DNA from: an uncultured Candidatus Saccharibacteria bacterium
GTDB taxonomy: Bacteria > Patescibacteriota > Doudnabacteria > UBA920
Assembly: GCA_964561085.1 (NCBI GenBank)
Contig: CAZLNP010000005.1
Coordinates: forward strand, 3,151 to 67,150
Reading direction: 5' to 3'
DNA: 64,000 nucleotides
A model generated the notes under the pieces. The model was not told where the DNA came from and made no database searches. It saw nothing but the letters and a program-made list of their open reading frames with translations. A program made the position numbers and the translations under genes. Shown here in pieces: positions 60,737 through 64,000 of this stretch. Numbering within the stretch: position 1 is the stretch's first letter; the number at the start of each line of letters is the position of its first letter.

Positions 60737-61333
60737 TTAATTCTTACCTAAAGTTTTGTCGCCTTTTTTCCAGTTAGCTGGGCAACGTTCGCCAGTTTGC
60801 AATGCTTCAACCACACGAAGTGTTTCCGCTGTGTTGCGACCTACGCCGCCATCTGAAACAAGGGCATAACGTAGCACGCCTTCTGGATCGATAATGAAAG
60901 TTCCACGTTGGGAAGCGCCATCATCATCAAGAACGTTGTAAATATCGGAAAGCTCTTGAGTTGTGTCGGCAATAATAGGGTACTTGATGTCCTTCAGGCG
61001 ATCATCAGTTTCGTACCAAGCTTTGTGAGAATGTTCGCTATCTGTGCTTGCCGCAATTACTTCACAGTTCAAAGCTTTAAACGCTTCGTAGTGTTCGCCG
61101 AATTCTTGAATTTCAGTTGGACAGATGAAAGTGAAATCTCTTGGATAGAAAAACAGTACTAGCCACTTTCCAGCGTAATCACTTAGAGAAGCTTTTTTAA
61201 ATTCACCAACATGATAAGTCGTCATGTCGTCGAAGACTGGTGCGGGTTGGCCAACTTGTGGGCCAAAGCCATAGCTCCCATCGTAGCCAAAGTTTTCGTC
61301 TAATCCGCAGGAGTCACAGTTGCAATCGTGCAT
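60737..61333 (-). CDS. ahpC: 2-Cys peroxiredoxin (AhpC/TSA)
   Basis: FFYPRDFTFICPTE, RGTFIIDP, CPANW. Confidence 0.93.
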   Translation of the reverse strand: MHDCNCDSCGLDENFGYDGSYGFGPQVGQPAPVFDDMTTYHVGEFKKASLSDYAGKWLVLFFYPRDFTFICPTEIQEFGEHYEAFKALNCEVIAASTDSEHSHKAWYETDDRLKDIKYPIIADTTQELSDIYNVLDDDGASQRGTFIIDPEGVLRYALVSDGGVGRNTAETLRVVEALQTGERCPANWKKGDKTLGKN

Positions 61334-61491
61334 AAAAATCCTTTCAAAGGTTAATAGTTTATATATTCAGTTTACGCTTTGGAGCGCTATTAATCAAATA
61401 AAAAGCCGCCCTTTTTGGGCGACTTTTATACAAGTAGCTTGGCTCGACACCATTACTTAAATATTACCATTGTTGGTAATAAAGTCAATCC

Positions 61492-61561
61492 TGGTGGACC
61501 TGTGGGGAATCGAACCCCGAACATTCTGGTGTCGACCCAAATATTGCTACCTGCCAGGCCC
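61492..61561 (-). ncRNA. 70-nt tRNA-like RNA lacking a D arm, with G3-U70 and ACCA end
   Basis: GGGCCTG GCAGGTAGC AATATTTGG-GTCGACA-CCAGAATGTT C GGGG-TTCGATT-CCCC A CAGGTCC ACCA. Confidence 0.7.
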
Positions 61562-61635
61562 ACTATATTTACTATAGTTATGTACCGATAAAGTCCATGT
61601 AAATTTTCCCTGAAGTTTTGCTGAATTTAATTTGT

Positions 61636-61869
61636 TTGACCAACTTCTTAGAAAGTGGTACAGTAAAGCCATAAAATCAATTTTAAATTTCCGTTACAGG
61701 TTAAGGCAAATTCACTGAATTTCACGAAAATGCGACTAATTTCAACTTTTTCTACGTTAGAAACCACAACCAGCTCAAACACTCTCGCACTCGAATAATC
61801 ACGAGCTAGTTTTTCGCATACAATCAAATTCACTAATCAGCCTTACTCCAGTGCGGATGTAAGGTATTT
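61636..61869 (+). promoter_or_regulatory. rny promoter and ~200-nt structured leader
   Basis: TTGACC-16-TACAGT with extended TG; nested helices; alternative hairpin over the SD. Confidence 0.55.
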
Positions 61870-63414
61870 ATGTTATTTATATATTTAATCATTGGAGCTG
61901 TGGTAGGTCTTGTGGCTGGCTACTTCATCCGCCAAAACTTGGCGTCCAAAAAGGTATCTGGTGCGGAGAGTCGCGCTGAGAAAATCTTGGAAGATGCTAA
62001 GAACAAAGAAAAAGAAATTCTACTTGAGGCGAAGGCTAACGCTATTGAAATTACAGATAGCGCAAAAAAAGCTGAGGCTGATTTCCGCGCTCAAATCGTA
62101 CGCTTTGAAGAACGCATCGATAGAAAAGAAAAAGATTTAGACCAAAAAGCTAATCACTTAGATCAAAAGAGCAACGATTTAGACAAACGCGCAGAAACTT
62201 TGCGTGCGACTGAAGAAGAAATCAAAGAGTTAAAGACTCAGCAATTAGCTAAGTTAGAAAAGATTGCAGGTTTAACCCGCGAAGAAGCCGCAAAAGTTTT
62301 GATGGAAAATGCAGAAAAGGGTATTTCTGAAGAAATGCTTAAATTGCATCGTAAACTTTTGAATGAAGCTCATGAAACTGCTGAGCGTGAAGCTCGTAAG
62401 ATTGTAGCTCAAGCAATCGAACGTATTGCAACCGAAGTGACTGCAGAAACTACTACTACAACAGTAATGATTCCTTCAGAAGAAATGAAGGGTCGTATTA
62501 TTGGTAAAGAAGGTCGCAACATCCGTGCCTTTGAACAACTCATGGGTGTTGAAATCTTAATTGATGACTCACCAGACACAGTTGTGATCTCCGGTTTCAA
62601 CTCTATCCGCCGCCACATTGCTAAACTTACTTTAGACAAACTGCTGGTTGATGGGCGTATTCATCCTGCTCGTATTGAAGAAGCTTATGAAAAGAGCAAA
62701 GGTGAAATTAATGAACAGATTAAGAAAGCTGGAGAAGATACTGTTTACGAATTGGGCATTACTAATTTCCCACCTAAACTTGTTCACTTGGTAGGCCGTT
62801 TGCTTTACCGTACTTCCTACGGCCAAAACATCTTGAAGCACTCTACTGAGATGGCTAAGGTCGCGGCTTTAATTGCCGAAGACTTAGGTGCAGACGTATC
62901 TATAGTTAAGCAAGGTGCTTTGCTCCATGACATTGGAAAGGCTTTGGACCAAGATATGGAAGGAACTCACGTTGAAATTGGTGCTCGTATTGCAACAAAG
63001 TTTGGTTTAGATCCTCGTGTTATTGAAGCGATTGAGTCTCATCACCATGATACAGACGTTTCTGAACATGCTAATGCTCACGCACCGCTTTCTATTGAAG
63101 CGATGATCGTAGACGCAGCTGACGGAATTTCTGGATCTCGTCCAGGTGCTCGCAAAGACAGCTTCGAAAATTATGTGAAGCGTTTGGGTGACTTGGAAGA
63201 TATTGCCAACTCATTCGAAGGAGTAGAAAAGACTTACGCCATTCAAGGTGGTCGTGAACTTCGTGTGTTCGTAACCCCAAATGCATTAGATGATTACGCT
63301 TGTCAGAAGTTGGCTCGCGAAATTGCTAACCGTTTGGAAACTGAACTGAAGTTCCCAGGTGAAATCCGCGTGCACGTAATCCGTGACTTTAGAGTAATTG
63401 AGTATGCTCGATAA
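61870..63414 (+). CDS. rny: Ribonuclease Y
   Basis: N-terminal TM, coiled coil, KH KGRIIGKEGRNIR, HD LLHDIGK. Confidence 0.97.
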   Translation: MLFIYLIIGAVVGLVAGYFIRQNLASKKVSGAESRAEKILEDAKNKEKEILLEAKANAIEITDSAKKAEADFRAQIVRFEERIDRKEKDLDQKANHLDQKSNDLDKRAETLRATEEEIKELKTQQLAKLEKIAGLTREEAAKVLMENAEKGISEEMLKLHRKLLNEAHETAEREARKIVAQAIERIATEVTAETTTTTVMIPSEEMKGRIIGKEGRNIRAFEQLMGVEILIDDSPDTVVISGFNSIRRHIAKLTLDKLLVDGRIHPARIEEAYEKSKGEINEQIKKAGEDTVYELGITNFPPKLVHLVGRLLYRTSYGQNILKHSTEMAKVAALIAEDLGADVSIVKQGALLHDIGKALDQDMEGTHVEIGARIATKFGLDPRVIEAIESHHHDTDVSEHANAHAPLSIEAMIVDAADGISGSRPGARKDSFENYVKRLGDLEDIANSFEGVEKTYAIQGGRELRVFVTPNALDDYACQKLAREIANRLETELKFPGEIRVHVIRDFRVIEYAR

Positions 63415-63458
63415 AGAGACGCGCTTCTCTAAATAATTGCGCTTAGAAATAATTGTTA

Positions 63459-64000
63459 ATGTCTAAAATTTTAATCATCGGAGACATAATGGGAAGACCT
63501 GGGCGACACGCGTTAGCTCAGGTTTTGCCTATGTGGAAAGAAGAATACAACTACGATGTCTCCATTGCCAACGTTGAGAACTTGGCGCACGGTCGCGGCA
63601 TCACTCCAAACACAATTGCAGAGCTAGAAGCTTTAGGCTTTGATGCTTACACTTCCGGGAACCACGTATTCGAAACTGGCCCCCATGCACAAGAATGTTT
63701 CGACAAATACGATAAAATCATTCGCCCTCAAAACTATACTGCAGACGTGCCCGGTTTGGGTTACTACCGATTTGCAAAAAACGGCCAGCAGTACTTGGTA
63801 ATCAATATTGCAGGAAGACTGTTTATGGACCCAATGAACAAATACAGTGCGTCTAATCCATTTTTCGCTATGGATCAATTAATTCAAGATCAATCTCAAA
63901 AAGATGATATAATTATTGTAGACATGCACGCAGAAGCAACGGGTGAGAAAGTGGCGATGGGGTGGCATCTCGATGGTCGCGCGACAATTATGTATGGAAC
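63459..64000 (+). CDS. ymdB: YmdB-family metallophosphoesterase, partial at window edge
   Basis: Manual translation MSKILIIGDIMGRPGR...NVENLAHGRG...TSGNH...DMHAEATGEK; rny-ymdB synteny. Confidence 0.9.
   Translation, partial: MSKILIIGDIMGRPGRHALAQVLPMWKEEYNYDVSIANVENLAHGRGITPNTIAELEALGFDAYTSGNHVFETGPHAQECFDKYDKIIRPQNYTADVPGLGYYRFAKNGQQYLVINIAGRLFMDPMNKYSASNPFFAMDQLIQDQSQKDDIIIVDMHAEATGEKVAMGWHLDGRATIMYG

Overview
Chromosomal window of a bacterium using genetic code 11, most likely Patescibacteria/CPR. This is inferred from the tandem T4SS-pilin-like array, several TrmB-type regulators, a short SMC and many apparently leaderless genes. The housekeeping backbone comprises infB, rbfA, nrnA, rlmH, ftsK, recA, lspA, comM, galU, ftsH, rnc, smc, rpsP, khpA, trmD, rluD, rplS, sod, ahpC, rny, ymdB and eight tRNAs. 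Gene orientation flips from mostly minus to mostly plus at about 19-23 kb, where a cluster of parS-like palindromes lies inside a coding gene. The most notable signals are non-coding: (1) an island next to tRNA-Gly whose genes are separated by five related ~26-bp att-like sites, carrying a GTP cyclohydrolase II plus two methyltransferases and a cupin; (2) a group I intron in tRNA-Phe(GAA) with a free-standing HTH-LAGLIDADG-like gene downstream; (3) a type III hammerhead ribozyme after a beta-barrel-like gene; (4) an unexplained, highly structured ~540-nt RNA with its own promoter and boxA; (5) a 70-nt D-armless tRNA-like gene with G3-U70 and CCA; (6) structured leaders on rnc and rny. All calls are by eye from sequence; no database searches or folding programs were run.
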